DNA from: Candidatus Nomurabacteria bacterium
GTDB lineage: Bacteria > Patescibacteriota > Dojkabacteria > SC72 > JAHDCA01
Direction of reading: 5' to 3'
Assembly (NCBI GenBank): GCA_020632375.1
Contig: JACKFR010000002.1
Location: 118,771 to 182,770 of the forward strand
Length of the DNA stretch: 64,000 bases
Made by a program: the position numbers and the translations under genes. The notes under the pieces are model-generated. The model saw nothing but the letters and a program-made list of their open reading frames with translations, did no database searches and was not told the DNA's origin. Positions 53,745-62,360 of this stretch are shown here, piece by piece. The stretch's first letter is position 1. Each line of letters begins with the position of its first letter.

Positions 53745-54926
53745 CTTGGAACTTACTGATATTAAGAAGTATTGCTACGCCTATCATTGCTACTATTGTA
53801 CCTGATCCGCCGTATGTTACAAATGGAAGCGGCATTCCAGTTAGTGGTATTACGCCAAGATTCGCTGCCATATGAAAAGAATGCTTGTAGGTGAGCCAGA
53901 TAGTTATCCCGACTGCAATAAGCTTGCCTTGTCTGTCAGGAGCGTTTCTGGCTACTTTCAATCCTGCCCTTAGAAAAAGGATCCAAGCAATGATAAAGAT
54001 AATTCCGCCAATCATGCCTGAGCTCTTCAAGTACTGACCGCAAAGATAGAGTCCGTGAACGCTGTTAATTCGACTAAATAACCCGATCTTTGTCTGGATT
54101 GCCCAAATCCTTTTCCCCAAAAGCCACCAGATCCGATACCTATTAATATCTGTTGTATCTGATAGCCTCTTCCTTGTGGATCATCAACTTGACCAGTAAA
54201 AAACAGATGAATGTATGTCTGGACTCTTTTCAATCTATAAGGAGCTAAAATAGCAGCAATGCCTGCCATCAGACCAAAAACACCAGTTACAAAAGCACTT
54301 CCTAAAAGATGAGCGAAATCTGTTCCTGATACCAGAAATACAGCAAATGCGGTTGCTCCTATGACTAATGTAGTTCCTAGATCTGGTTCTAACACAATAA
54401 GCAGCAAAACAAGCCCAAGTGTAAGAGAGAATCCAATCAGTTTTTGACCGAAGCCAAGTTTGAGAGCATCTTTGAAGTTCTTATAGTAAGGCCGCTCTTT
54501 TGCCAGCCAGGTTGCAATATAAACAATAAAAATTGGTTTAATGAATTCAGCAGGTTGGAGAACAAGCTGATCTGAGCCAAATCTTAACCACCGATGTGAT
54601 CCGTTAACCGCATTTCCCGAAAAAAGAACTAAAATGAGCATCAAGATATTGATTACCATTGCAGGGATGATGAGTTTGCTGAATTTCCGATAATCCCAGA
54701 GATATATAAGTACTGAGGGTATGATTCCAATTAATACCCAAACAAAATGAAGTCTCAGGAAATGATACGGATCATTAAATGGGGGTTGGTTTGCGACAAA
54801 GACACTTGAGTCAAAAACCATGATTATTCCGAAAATAATCATTGAAACAGTAAAAATGAGGATCGTAAGATCTGGTTTGCCGGCTTCTGTTTTCTTTTGG
54901 AAGATATTTTTACCCTTCTTTGGCAT
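53722..54926 (-). pseudogene. ftsW: FtsW/RodA (SEDS) gene interrupted by a frame disruption near 54019-54030
   Basis: Two track ORFs (54027..54926 and 53722..54120) carry the N- and C-terminal halves of one SEDS protein: ...GSGGFWGKGFGQSRQR.GYL.E..TDSIFAV and ...GMIGGIIF...GVIPLTGMPLPFVTYGGSG. The total span of 1205 nt is not a multiple of 3. Confidence 0.85.
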
Positions 54927-55007
54927 CTGGATAGCTGTTTGCTCGACTAAATTGTGCTTTTAATATACTATGAATGTGATTTCTCTTAAAGATAAAAGAA
55001 GTTTTCA

Positions 55008-55646
55008 ATGAAGTTAAAAGTGTATTCCTATAGACCTAAAGATCTTGGTTCTCTTTTTGTAGTCGGAGGTCCTGGTGGGTCTGGTGCATCTACTATTGCA
55101 AAAATGCTTGCCAATAAGTTTGGTCTTCACTATATCTACGGTGGAGCTTTAATGCGTCAGTATGCCCAGAATATGGGTTATTTAGACTTAGATAAATTTC
55201 TCAAATCAGATCAATTTGATGGAGATGATGATGTCATTGACCAGATGATTGATGAAAAGCTTATTCGTTCAAGCCAATGGAATAATGTTTTAATTGACAG
55301 TAAGATATTTGCGGCTTTGGCTACGAACCTTCAGATTCCGTGTACAGTCAAAATTTGGCTAGATGCAAGTCTTGAGAAAAGAGTCCGTAGAACTTTACAC
55401 AAAACTAAGATTCTCGACTTAAAAGAAAATTTACCCCTAGAGTCTAAACGGTTTAGAAAAACAGCAAAAGAACTAAATGATAGATATACTCTTGACAAGC
55501 ATAGATTTAAAGATATGTACGGGATTGATTATGATTCGCCAAAGAAGTACAATGATATTGTTATTGATAGTTCTCCTTATGGCCCTGGGCAGACATTTAA
55601 TATAATTCTGCAGGAGATTAAAGATGGCGGATATCTTACAAGGTGA
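55008..55646 (+). CDS. cmk: cytidylate kinase-like P-loop kinase (archaeal/short type)
   Basis: P-loop (VGGPGGSGASTIAKMLANKFGL). KIWLDASLEKRVRRT and YGIDYDS...YNDIVIDSS resemble short-form Cmk. Confidence 0.65.
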   Translation: MKLKVYSYRPKDLGSLFVVGGPGGSGASTIAKMLANKFGLHYIYGGALMRQYAQNMGYLDLDKFLKSDQFDGDDDVIDQMIDEKLIRSSQWNNVLIDSKIFAALATNLQIPCTVKIWLDASLEKRVRRTLHKTKILDLKENLPLESKRFRKTAKELNDRYTLDKHRFKDMYGIDYDSPKKYNDIVIDSSPYGPGQTFNIILQEIKDGGYLTR

Positions 55647-56004
55647 CGACAAAAATCTTACAGGAAATGCAAATAGCTCTGATAATAATCAGCAGCCTGC
55701 TGCTCCAACAGATCCTCTCTCTGGCAGTGCCTCTATGCCTACAGGGAATGACGATGCGGGTTCTTCTCCAGCTCCACAAGGTTCTGTACCCCCAACTGAT
55801 CCAGCACCGTCAGATGACTCATCACAGTTAACTGCGACAAATGATCCTTTATTGACAAATAAGGTTCACCCGGATGATTTGGACAGTAAATGGACTTCAT
55901 GGAAATGCCTTGTTTGCGGTTATGTATATGAGGGTCAAAAAGAAATAACAACATGTCCCAGATGCGGCAATTCAGATCCTGATAAATTTGATGATCCTAC
56001 TTAA
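55624..56004 (+). CDS. protein with a disordered P/S/D-rich N-terminus and a C-terminal rubredoxin-like zinc ribbon
   Basis: WKCLVCGYVYEGQKEITTCPRCGNSDPDKF matches the rubredoxin / rubrerythrin-C-terminal CxxCG...CPxCG pattern. Confidence 0.5.
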   Translation: MADILQGDDKNLTGNANSSDNNQQPAAPTDPLSGSASMPTGNDDAGSSPAPQGSVPPTDPAPSDDSSQLTATNDPLLTNKVHPDDLDSKWTSWKCLVCGYVYEGQKEITTCPRCGNSDPDKFDDPT

Positions 56005-56018
56005 TTAGTAATTCCTCT

Positions 56019-56711
56019 ATGCTTAATTCTGCTATACGGAACAAGATTCGCTCCGCTAAGTATTTCTTCTTTGATTTCGACGGAACTCTTGTTAATCTTG
56101 AAAAGCTGAACCTAGAAGGGTTTACGAAAGTTTTTAAGAATCATACCGGAAAAGATCTATCAATAGATGAATATAAGAATAAGCTTGCAGGTAAAAAGTC
56201 TGTTGATGGTTTTAGCCTTTTAATTGAAGAGTTTGGTATGACTGGGGTGAGCCCAGCTGGACTTGTCGCTGAATTTCGTAAAATCAAGCGAAACGCGATT
56301 CAAAAAGATCCAGGTAGATTTTCTGATCTTGTTTCTGGCGCAGATAAATTTGTTTCCTGGATTGTGGATGAAGGAAAAATCTGCGCAATTACATCTTCTT
56401 CATCAAAAGAGTTTATAGATGCGTTGCTTAGCTACTACGGAATTCTTCAATATTTTGACAGAATTTGGGATTATACTTCTCCTGGTTTAGGCAAGCCTTC
56501 GCCGGATATATATTTTACCGCAATGAATTATTATAGAGCGAGTACAAATGAGTGCATGATTTTTGAGGATTCGAAAAATGGCTTGAGTGCAGGTAGGTCT
56601 TCAGGGATTTTTACAGTTGGGATAAAGAACTCTCCTTGGAATGATGGGTATGTAGATGATATGGCGGATGCTGTAATTGAAGGGTATGAAGAAGTGATGG
56701 AGAATGATTAA
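56019..56711 (+). CDS. HAD-superfamily hydrolase (beta-phosphoglucomutase-like subfamily)
   Basis: Motif I (FFFDFDGTLVN), motif II (ITSSS) and motif III/IV (K...FEDSKNG). Confidence 0.85.
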   Translation: MLNSAIRNKIRSAKYFFFDFDGTLVNLEKLNLEGFTKVFKNHTGKDLSIDEYKNKLAGKKSVDGFSLLIEEFGMTGVSPAGLVAEFRKIKRNAIQKDPGRFSDLVSGADKFVSWIVDEGKICAITSSSSKEFIDALLSYYGILQYFDRIWDYTSPGLGKPSPDIYFTAMNYYRASTNECMIFEDSKNGLSAGRSSGIFTVGIKNSPWNDGYVDDMADAVIEGYEEVMEND

Positions 56712-56751
56712 TTGTGCAGTTACAGTGTCGGGACTATAGGTTAGCGGGATG

Positions 56752-56835
56752 TGCCGAGGGCGGGAATCGAACCCGCACGTCATTGCTGACACGGGATTTT
56801 AAGTCCCGCGTGTCTGCCAGTTCCACCACCCCGGC
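56752..56835 (-). tRNA. tRNA-Leu (anticodon UAA), type II with long variable arm; CCA not encoded
   Basis: The minus strand reads GCCGGGGTGGTGGAACTGGCAGACACGCGGGACTTAAAATCCCGTGTCAGCAATGACGTGCGGGTTCGATTCCCGCCCTCGGCA. The acceptor stem is 7 bp with one G-U pair. The anticodon loop is CTTAAAA and the T-loop is GGTTCGATTCC. Confidence 0.92.
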
Positions 56836-56888
56836 GTTCCTTTTATTGCTGCATTTTAGCACTCTCAATTCTTTTTTCAATTAGCATT

Positions 56889-56965
56889 TGGAGGTGATGG
56901 CGGGATTCGAACCCGCGCATAGGAGTTTTGCAGACTCCTGCCTTAACCAGCTTGGCTACATCACC
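56889..56965 (-). tRNA. tRNA-Cys (anticodon GCA), CCA encoded
   Basis: The minus strand reads GGTGATGTAGCCAAGCTGGTTAAGGCAGGAGTCTGCAAAACTCCTATGCGCGGGTTCGAATCCCGCCATCACCTCCA. The acceptor stem pairs perfectly, the anticodon loop is CTGCAAA and the discriminator is U73. Confidence 0.92.
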
Positions 56966-57039
56966 AATTAATGGAAGTATTATACACTATGAAAAGTTCC
57001 GGAAAAGATCTTGTGAAGCATTTAAACTCGCCATTTCAG

Positions 57040-58458
57040 CTACATCACTTCGATTATTCTTCTGACATCAACAATTTCTAAAATAGAATTTGTGTGCTTG
57101 CCAGAGATTGTACTGCCGCTTACGACAGCTACATTATCATCATAGTTAAGATTGCCGTTGCCATAGACAATACCCACTGCTTGCTGAATCATTGCATCTC
57201 TGTCATGCTTAAAATCTTGAACATAAAAGCCTTTAACCCCTCGGAAGAGCTGTAGCTGACGGATCAATCGTGGGTTGTTGCTTATTGCCCAGATAGGTAT
57301 ATCTAGCCTGTGACGTGCGAGTGAGGCGACAGTTTTGCCGGTAATACTGGGGACAATGATACCGGCGAGGTTGAGTTCTTTTGCGATCTGAAATACATGT
57401 CTGCAAATTGCATCTGTGCTTTCGGTTGCGTTTGTACGTGAAGTAAGAATCTGCGGAATTAGAACCCTTTCTGCTTCTTTTGCTATATCTGCCATCATCT
57501 TTACCGCTTCAATTGGGTGTTTGCCTGTCGAGGTCTCTGCGGAGAGCATCAGTGCATCAGCACCGTCCATTACTGCGTTTGACACATCGCTTACTTCTGC
57601 TCTGGTCGGGCGATTGTTTTCTCTCATTGATTCTAACATTTGAGTGGCAACGATAACTGGTTTTCCCGCCTGTCTGCACTTATATATGAAAGTTTTTTGT
57701 AAGATGGGGACTTCTGCAGGTGGGATTTCTACTCCAAGATCTCCTCTTGCTATCATAATGCCGTCTACTGATTCTAAAATTTCATCAAAATTTTTAACCC
57801 CTTCGTAGTCTTCTATTTTGGCAATTAATTTTAGACCCGCATCCCCTATTACTTTCTTTATGAGAGCGACATCTTCGGTATTCCTGACAAAAGATGCAGA
57901 TATTACATCGTAGTTTAGTTTTATTGCACTTTTAATGTCTGCTTCATCTTTTTCACTGAGATTTGGAAAGTCTAAGTGAACCCCTGGGATATTAACTGTT
58001 TTTCGCTTTTTTAGAGTTCCGCCTTGAAGAACAGTACATATGACTTTGGGGCTTTGGATATCTTTTACCTCAAGAGAAATATTGCCGTCATCAATGAGTA
58101 TTTTTACTCCCCTTGTGAGGTCGTTTGCAAGTTTTGGATATGTAACTTTGACGACATTCTTGCCTCTTACTTTGTATTTTTCTGATGCTAAAACAACCTC
58201 ATCTCCTTTTGTCAGTTTTTTGTCTTTATCAAAACCTGTTACTCGTATCTTATGCCCCATTGTGTCTAGTATCAGGGTGACCCTCGGAGAGAGTCTTCGT
58301 AGTTGCGCAGCGACTCTTTCCATTTCATCAAAGTCAGCAAAAGAAGCATTAACCCTTGCTGCAGCAAAACCGCTTTGAATCATTTCGATCAGAACTTTAT
58401 CGTACCAAGTTGATGGGCCAATCGTCGCAATAATTTTTGTTCGAAGCTGAGATCTCAT
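57040..58458 (-). CDS. pyk: pyruvate kinase
   Basis: 472 aa with RTKIIATIGPS, MIARGDLGVEIP and ATQMLESM. Confidence 0.95.
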   Translation of the reverse strand: MRSQLRTKIIATIGPSTWYDKVLIEMIQSGFAAARVNASFADFDEMERVAAQLRRLSPRVTLILDTMGHKIRVTGFDKDKKLTKGDEVVLASEKYKVRGKNVVKVTYPKLANDLTRGVKILIDDGNISLEVKDIQSPKVICTVLQGGTLKKRKTVNIPGVHLDFPNLSEKDEADIKSAIKLNYDVISASFVRNTEDVALIKKVIGDAGLKLIAKIEDYEGVKNFDEILESVDGIMIARGDLGVEIPPAEVPILQKTFIYKCRQAGKPVIVATQMLESMRENNRPTRAEVSDVSNAVMDGADALMLSAETSTGKHPIEAVKMMADIAKEAERVLIPQILTSRTNATESTDAICRHVFQIAKELNLAGIIVPSITGKTVASLARHRLDIPIWAISNNPRLIRQLQLFRGVKGFYVQDFKHDRDAMIQQAVGIVYGNGNLNYDDNVAVVSGSTISGKHTNSILEIVDVRRIIEVM

Positions 58459-58574
58459 GGGCAGATGTTTATTAGATTGATGCTTTAGATAAGTCTTTAT
58501 TCTTGATCCCTTGTTCTGTTTGTACTAGTATATTTTAATCTTTCACTTTCTTCAATATTAACTATACAGAGTCA

Positions 58575-58985
58575 ATGAATTTGAGAAAACTTTTTTACAG
58601 TATGTTTGTCGGAATTTTAATACTGGGCTTTACATTTAATCTCTTTAATGGGGTTACTCTACCGGAGGATATGTTTTATCTTGTTGCTGCATATGGTGGG
58701 TTAAGCCTTGCGCTGATGTTGCACAGCAACATGTTGACTTTTTTGACAGTTAGGAAAGTCTTTATTACTAAACTTATGTCGATGTTCATCATTTTGGGAT
58801 TGTTTCTGATTTTTTTTGATATGGTGATGCCTGGCTTTGTTGTGACAGGGTTTGAGATTAAAAGCTTCTCTTCTGGATTTCTAACTATTGAACAGTATAC
58901 AGTGGATAAATATGCTACAATTGCACTGATATCTGTGACGGCAGCAGCAATAGCTTCCGCACTTGATTATCTGAAAGAAGAGTAG
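58575..58985 (+). CDS. hypothetical integral membrane protein
   Basis: 136 aa with four predicted hydrophobic helices. No motif recognised. Confidence 0.4.
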   Translation: MNLRKLFYSMFVGILILGFTFNLFNGVTLPEDMFYLVAAYGGLSLALMLHSNMLTFLTVRKVFITKLMSMFIILGLFLIFFDMVMPGFVVTGFEIKSFSSGFLTIEQYTVDKYATIALISVTAAAIASALDYLKEE

Positions 58986-59010
58986 TTTATTTGAATCATT
59001 AATTGAGGCA

Positions 59011-59244
59011 ATGAGTAGCTCAACACTAAATATTTTAATGTTTATTCAGGTTGTAGTTTCGGTTTTAATGATTGTTTCAATCCTCCTTCAGAATCGAGCT
59101 GAAGGAATGGGAGCTATGTTTGGTGGTAGCGGTGGTGAAGTTTTTCGTACTAAGCGTGGTGTTGAAAAGCTTCTTTATTATGCAACAATTATTTTAGCCG
59201 CAATATTTGCCATTCTTTCGTTTGTTATTGTTAAATATACTTAA
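59011..59244 (+). CDS. secG: preprotein translocase subunit SecG
   Basis: 77 aa with two TM helices flanking a Gly-rich loop (ILLQNRAEGMGAMFGGSGGEVFRTKRG). Confidence 0.85.
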   Translation: MSSSTLNILMFIQVVVSVLMIVSILLQNRAEGMGAMFGGSGGEVFRTKRGVEKLLYYATIILAAIFAILSFVIVKYT

Positions 59245-59266
59245 CAAAGCTATTATCTTCGTATAA

Positions 59267-60967
59267 ATGGCAATTATACCGAAAATTGTAAATCCTGAGG
59301 ATCGGTTTTATATCCGAGACTTTTTTTGGAATTATCCTCAAAAAGTTTTGAAAGTCTATAAGACAAACAGAATCCTTACAGTTTTATTTCTGGTTTTTTT
59401 CACCTCGCTAATTGCATGGATAATTTTGAAGACAGACTCATTTGTAAAGTCTTTTGCACCACAGAATGACAATACCCTCGTTGAAGCAACTGTGGGGAGG
59501 CTCGGTACTCTTAACCCTTTATTTGCAAGTCAGAATAATATTGATCGTGATATTGATGAGCTGATTTATCAACGGCTAATTTATATAGACCAATCAGGAA
59601 GCCCACTTCCTGGAATTGCTGAGAGCTGGGAAACGATTACTCCTGGAAAACACTACATCTTCCATATAAATCAACAACTTAGATGGAGTGACGGCGAAGA
59701 ACTTACTGCAGATGATGTTATCTTCACCTTTGATGAAGCTGCATCGTTGGACGGCTCTGGGCTTGGAGATTCAATCGGAAGCAATTTGAAAGGGATTAAA
59801 GTTGAAAAAGTCGATGACTATTCTGTTGATATTGCACTTTCTGAAGTTAATAGCTCAATTTTCGAGACGCTTTCAATATTTATTGTTCCAGAACATGTGC
59901 TTAATGATATTAAAGATGAAGATTATCTTAAATATGGTGTAATTTTAACCCCGATTGGCTCAGGGCCATATAGAGTTCGAGCAATAACCGATTCTTATAT
60001 TTTGCTTGAAGCAAATCCCCAATCGCTTGAGACTCCCAAGATAAAGAAAATAAAGTATATGACGTTTCCATCAATACAGGCTTTAGAGATCGATTTCAGA
60101 AATAATCTTATTGATTCTGTTACAGGAATACCGCTTAGCCAGATTGATTTTATAGACGAGTATCCTGACTATGATAAATATTCTATCTTAATATACCCAA
60201 GAAAGAAAGTTCTTTTCTTAAATCTTCGTGATAAGCTTATTGAGAAGAAAGATTTACGTATAGCTATTGCAAAAGCTATAAATAAAGATAATCTTGTTTC
60301 GGCAGACGGTAAATTAGGGAAAAAAGCTTTTTCTCCCATCCCTTCAAATTCATGGGCGTTTAACAAGAGTTCTGATTTACAAAAATATTCTCCCAAAGAA
60401 GCAAAGTCAAAAGTTTCAGGTCTCGGTTATAAGCTAAATAAAGACGGGTTTTTTGAAGATGAAAAAGGAAATGCGTTGGAACTAAGATTGACATATCTTG
60501 ATACAGAGCAGAATCGCCAGGTTGTTGATCAGGTTCAGAAAGACCTAAAGAATATAGGAGTAAAAGTTCTCCTAGACCCGCAGTCTTATGACAGCATTCT
60601 TAATGAGACAGTGGCAACTCGAAACTATCAGATGCTCCTTTTTGAAGTTGAAACTACAATCGATCCCGACCAGTACAGCTTATGGCATTCGAGCAAGATA
60701 AAATATCCAGATCTGAATCTTTCTGGATATAATTTCGGAACTGTCGACTTACTGTTAGAAAGATCAAGAATCACACTGAATAAAAACAACAGAAGAAGCG
60801 ATTACCAGTTAGTGCAAAGATATCTTTCACTTGATGTCCCGGCTGTTTTTTTATATGAGCCCTATTACAATTATATTGTCCGCAGTAGCTTAAAAGTAGT
60901 CGGTTTGGATAAAATTAACCTGCCTTCAGACAGATTTAGATATATTTCTGAATGGGAATTCCGTTAA
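59267..60967 (+). CDS. family-5 (peptide/nickel, OppA/MppA-like) ABC substrate-binding protein, membrane-anchored, with no adjacent permease
   Basis: N-terminal TM anchor. The SBP_bac_5 pattern is present (LVEATVGRLGTLNPLFA, LPGIAESWE, WSDGEELTADDVIFTF, GSGPYRV). Confidence 0.78.
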   Translation: MAIIPKIVNPEDRFYIRDFFWNYPQKVLKVYKTNRILTVLFLVFFTSLIAWIILKTDSFVKSFAPQNDNTLVEATVGRLGTLNPLFASQNNIDRDIDELIYQRLIYIDQSGSPLPGIAESWETITPGKHYIFHINQQLRWSDGEELTADDVIFTFDEAASLDGSGLGDSIGSNLKGIKVEKVDDYSVDIALSEVNSSIFETLSIFIVPEHVLNDIKDEDYLKYGVILTPIGSGPYRVRAITDSYILLEANPQSLETPKIKKIKYMTFPSIQALEIDFRNNLIDSVTGIPLSQIDFIDEYPDYDKYSILIYPRKKVLFLNLRDKLIEKKDLRIAIAKAINKDNLVSADGKLGKKAFSPIPSNSWAFNKSSDLQKYSPKEAKSKVSGLGYKLNKDGFFEDEKGNALELRLTYLDTEQNRQVVDQVQKDLKNIGVKVLLDPQSYDSILNETVATRNYQMLLFEVETTIDPDQYSLWHSSKIKYPDLNLSGYNFGTVDLLLERSRITLNKNNRRSDYQLVQRYLSLDVPAVFLYEPYYNYIVRSSLKVVGLDKINLPSDRFRYISEWEFR

Positions 60968-62343
60968 TTCTTTAGAGACCCTGAAGTAAGAGTGATTTTA
61001 ATATTTTTGTCTTTCTTACCTTCTTTTTCATTCGCGTCGTCTTTTGAAGAACTCTTTTGTGGAGAATTTGCTTTATTACTTTCTTCACCAGTCTCTTTAT
61101 CTTCGCCGTCTGTATCTTTTTCGGGTCTAAATGCTTTGAACCTTTTCAAGAACTCTTCTTTGCTCAGACTACCTTTTTTACTGACTTTTCCTTTATCGTC
61201 TTCATCACTTCCATCTTCGTTCTCCTCTTTGTCTTTTGATTTCTCTTCTTCATCTTTAGGTTTCTTTGATTTCTTCTTCTTCTTTTTCTTTGGAGGGATT
61301 TCTTTAGGATCTTTCTCTGTATCTGTATCGCCTTCTTCATCTTCTTCAGTATATTTATCAGTTTTAAATCCCGCTGCTTCGAACTTCGCCTTTAGAGAAT
61401 TACTTTCTTCTTTCTCATCTTCCTGCGGTTTCTTTTGTGGCTTATCATTTTGGATTGATTCGCCCGACTTCATCCTTCTTTTAAGTATTTTCTGAAAATC
61501 TCTTTCAGATACCTGATTCAATCTCCATGCGACTAGCTTGCCTAGAATGAATAGGATGAGTGCTCCAATTGCTGCTGCTGCCCCGATTACGTACCAGAGG
61601 TCGGGGTTGTCTTTTAAAGCTTTTTGAGCGTCACCGATGTTTTTAATTGATTTAATTGAGAACTTTATATTCTCAACTCTGTCACTAGTATTAAATGTTG
61701 TAATTCCTTCAACTTGCTGATCTTTTTCAATTGAAAAAACAACTGGCTCTGAATAATTGCTGGCTAAGCCTTTTTTCTTAACATATGCAATTGTAGAGTA
61801 AACACCTGGTTCGAAGTCGTCTTTGAAAACAAATTCCCAGCTTCCAGTATCAGTTACATCGATTTCTTCTTTATATGCTGTTGTCCCACCTGTAAAAAAG
61901 AGCTGTACTTTTCCTCCTGCAACAGCAGTTCCTGTAATCACAAGCCGTGTGTTATCTATATTTTCAGGAGGATTAATTTCTGGCGGTCTTGGAACGATTG
62001 TGAGTGTACGTTCAATCTCTTGTTCAGTATCTTGGTCATCTACAAATTTAAAGATAAGTGTGTGTTTCCCTACTCCAAGTGCCGGCAATATATGCGGATT
62101 TTGTATTTCTTCGTATTTGCTTCCATCTACTTTGAGTTGGACTCCTTCACCTGAAGGGTCTGTGAAAGTAATTGTGAAGTTTGGATTGTCTGTCTCATCC
62201 GGGATCTGGACTAAAAGTTGTTCTGAGAGTTTATCTTGGCTTTCTTCGTCGTTTTGAGCAAAGACACTTTTAACACTGATTAATGACAGTAGAGCACTTA
62301 GCGTCAGTACTATAGTTAAAAGCTTTTTAGTATAGGATTTCAT
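60964..62343 (-). CDS. secreted/membrane protein with Ig-like domains, one TM helix and a highly charged K/E/D-rich cytoplasmic tail
   Basis: Signal peptide (LLTIVLTLSALLSLISVKSVFAQ), two beta-rich Ig-like segments and a TM helix (VIGAAAAIGALILFILGKLVAW). A low-complexity tail of about 190 aa follows, including KKKKKKKSKK. Confidence 0.55.
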   Translation of the reverse strand: MKSYTKKLLTIVLTLSALLSLISVKSVFAQNDEESQDKLSEQLLVQIPDETDNPNFTITFTDPSGEGVQLKVDGSKYEEIQNPHILPALGVGKHTLIFKFVDDQDTEQEIERTLTIVPRPPEINPPENIDNTRLVITGTAVAGGKVQLFFTGGTTAYKEEIDVTDTGSWEFVFKDDFEPGVYSTIAYVKKKGLASNYSEPVVFSIEKDQQVEGITTFNTSDRVENIKFSIKSIKNIGDAQKALKDNPDLWYVIGAAAAIGALILFILGKLVAWRLNQVSERDFQKILKRRMKSGESIQNDKPQKKPQEDEKEESNSLKAKFEAAGFKTDKYTEEDEEGDTDTEKDPKEIPPKKKKKKKSKKPKDEEEKSKDKEENEDGSDEDDKGKVSKKGSLSKEEFLKRFKAFRPEKDTDGEDKETGEESNKANSPQKSSSKDDANEKEGKKDKNIKITLTSGSLKN

Positions 62344-62360
62344 TCATAAAAGTATACAAT

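Noticed and set aside
56601-56792. 63-aa minus-strand ORF overlapping tRNA-Leu
   Set aside because: It is explained by the tRNA gene and the 3' end of the HAD gene. There is no independent coding evidence.
56856-56864. TTAGCACTC, identical to the left half of the HrcA CIRCE element, located between the two tRNA genes
   Set aside because: The required partner GAGTGCTAA at N9 spacing is absent. No chaperone gene lies downstream. It is probably chance.
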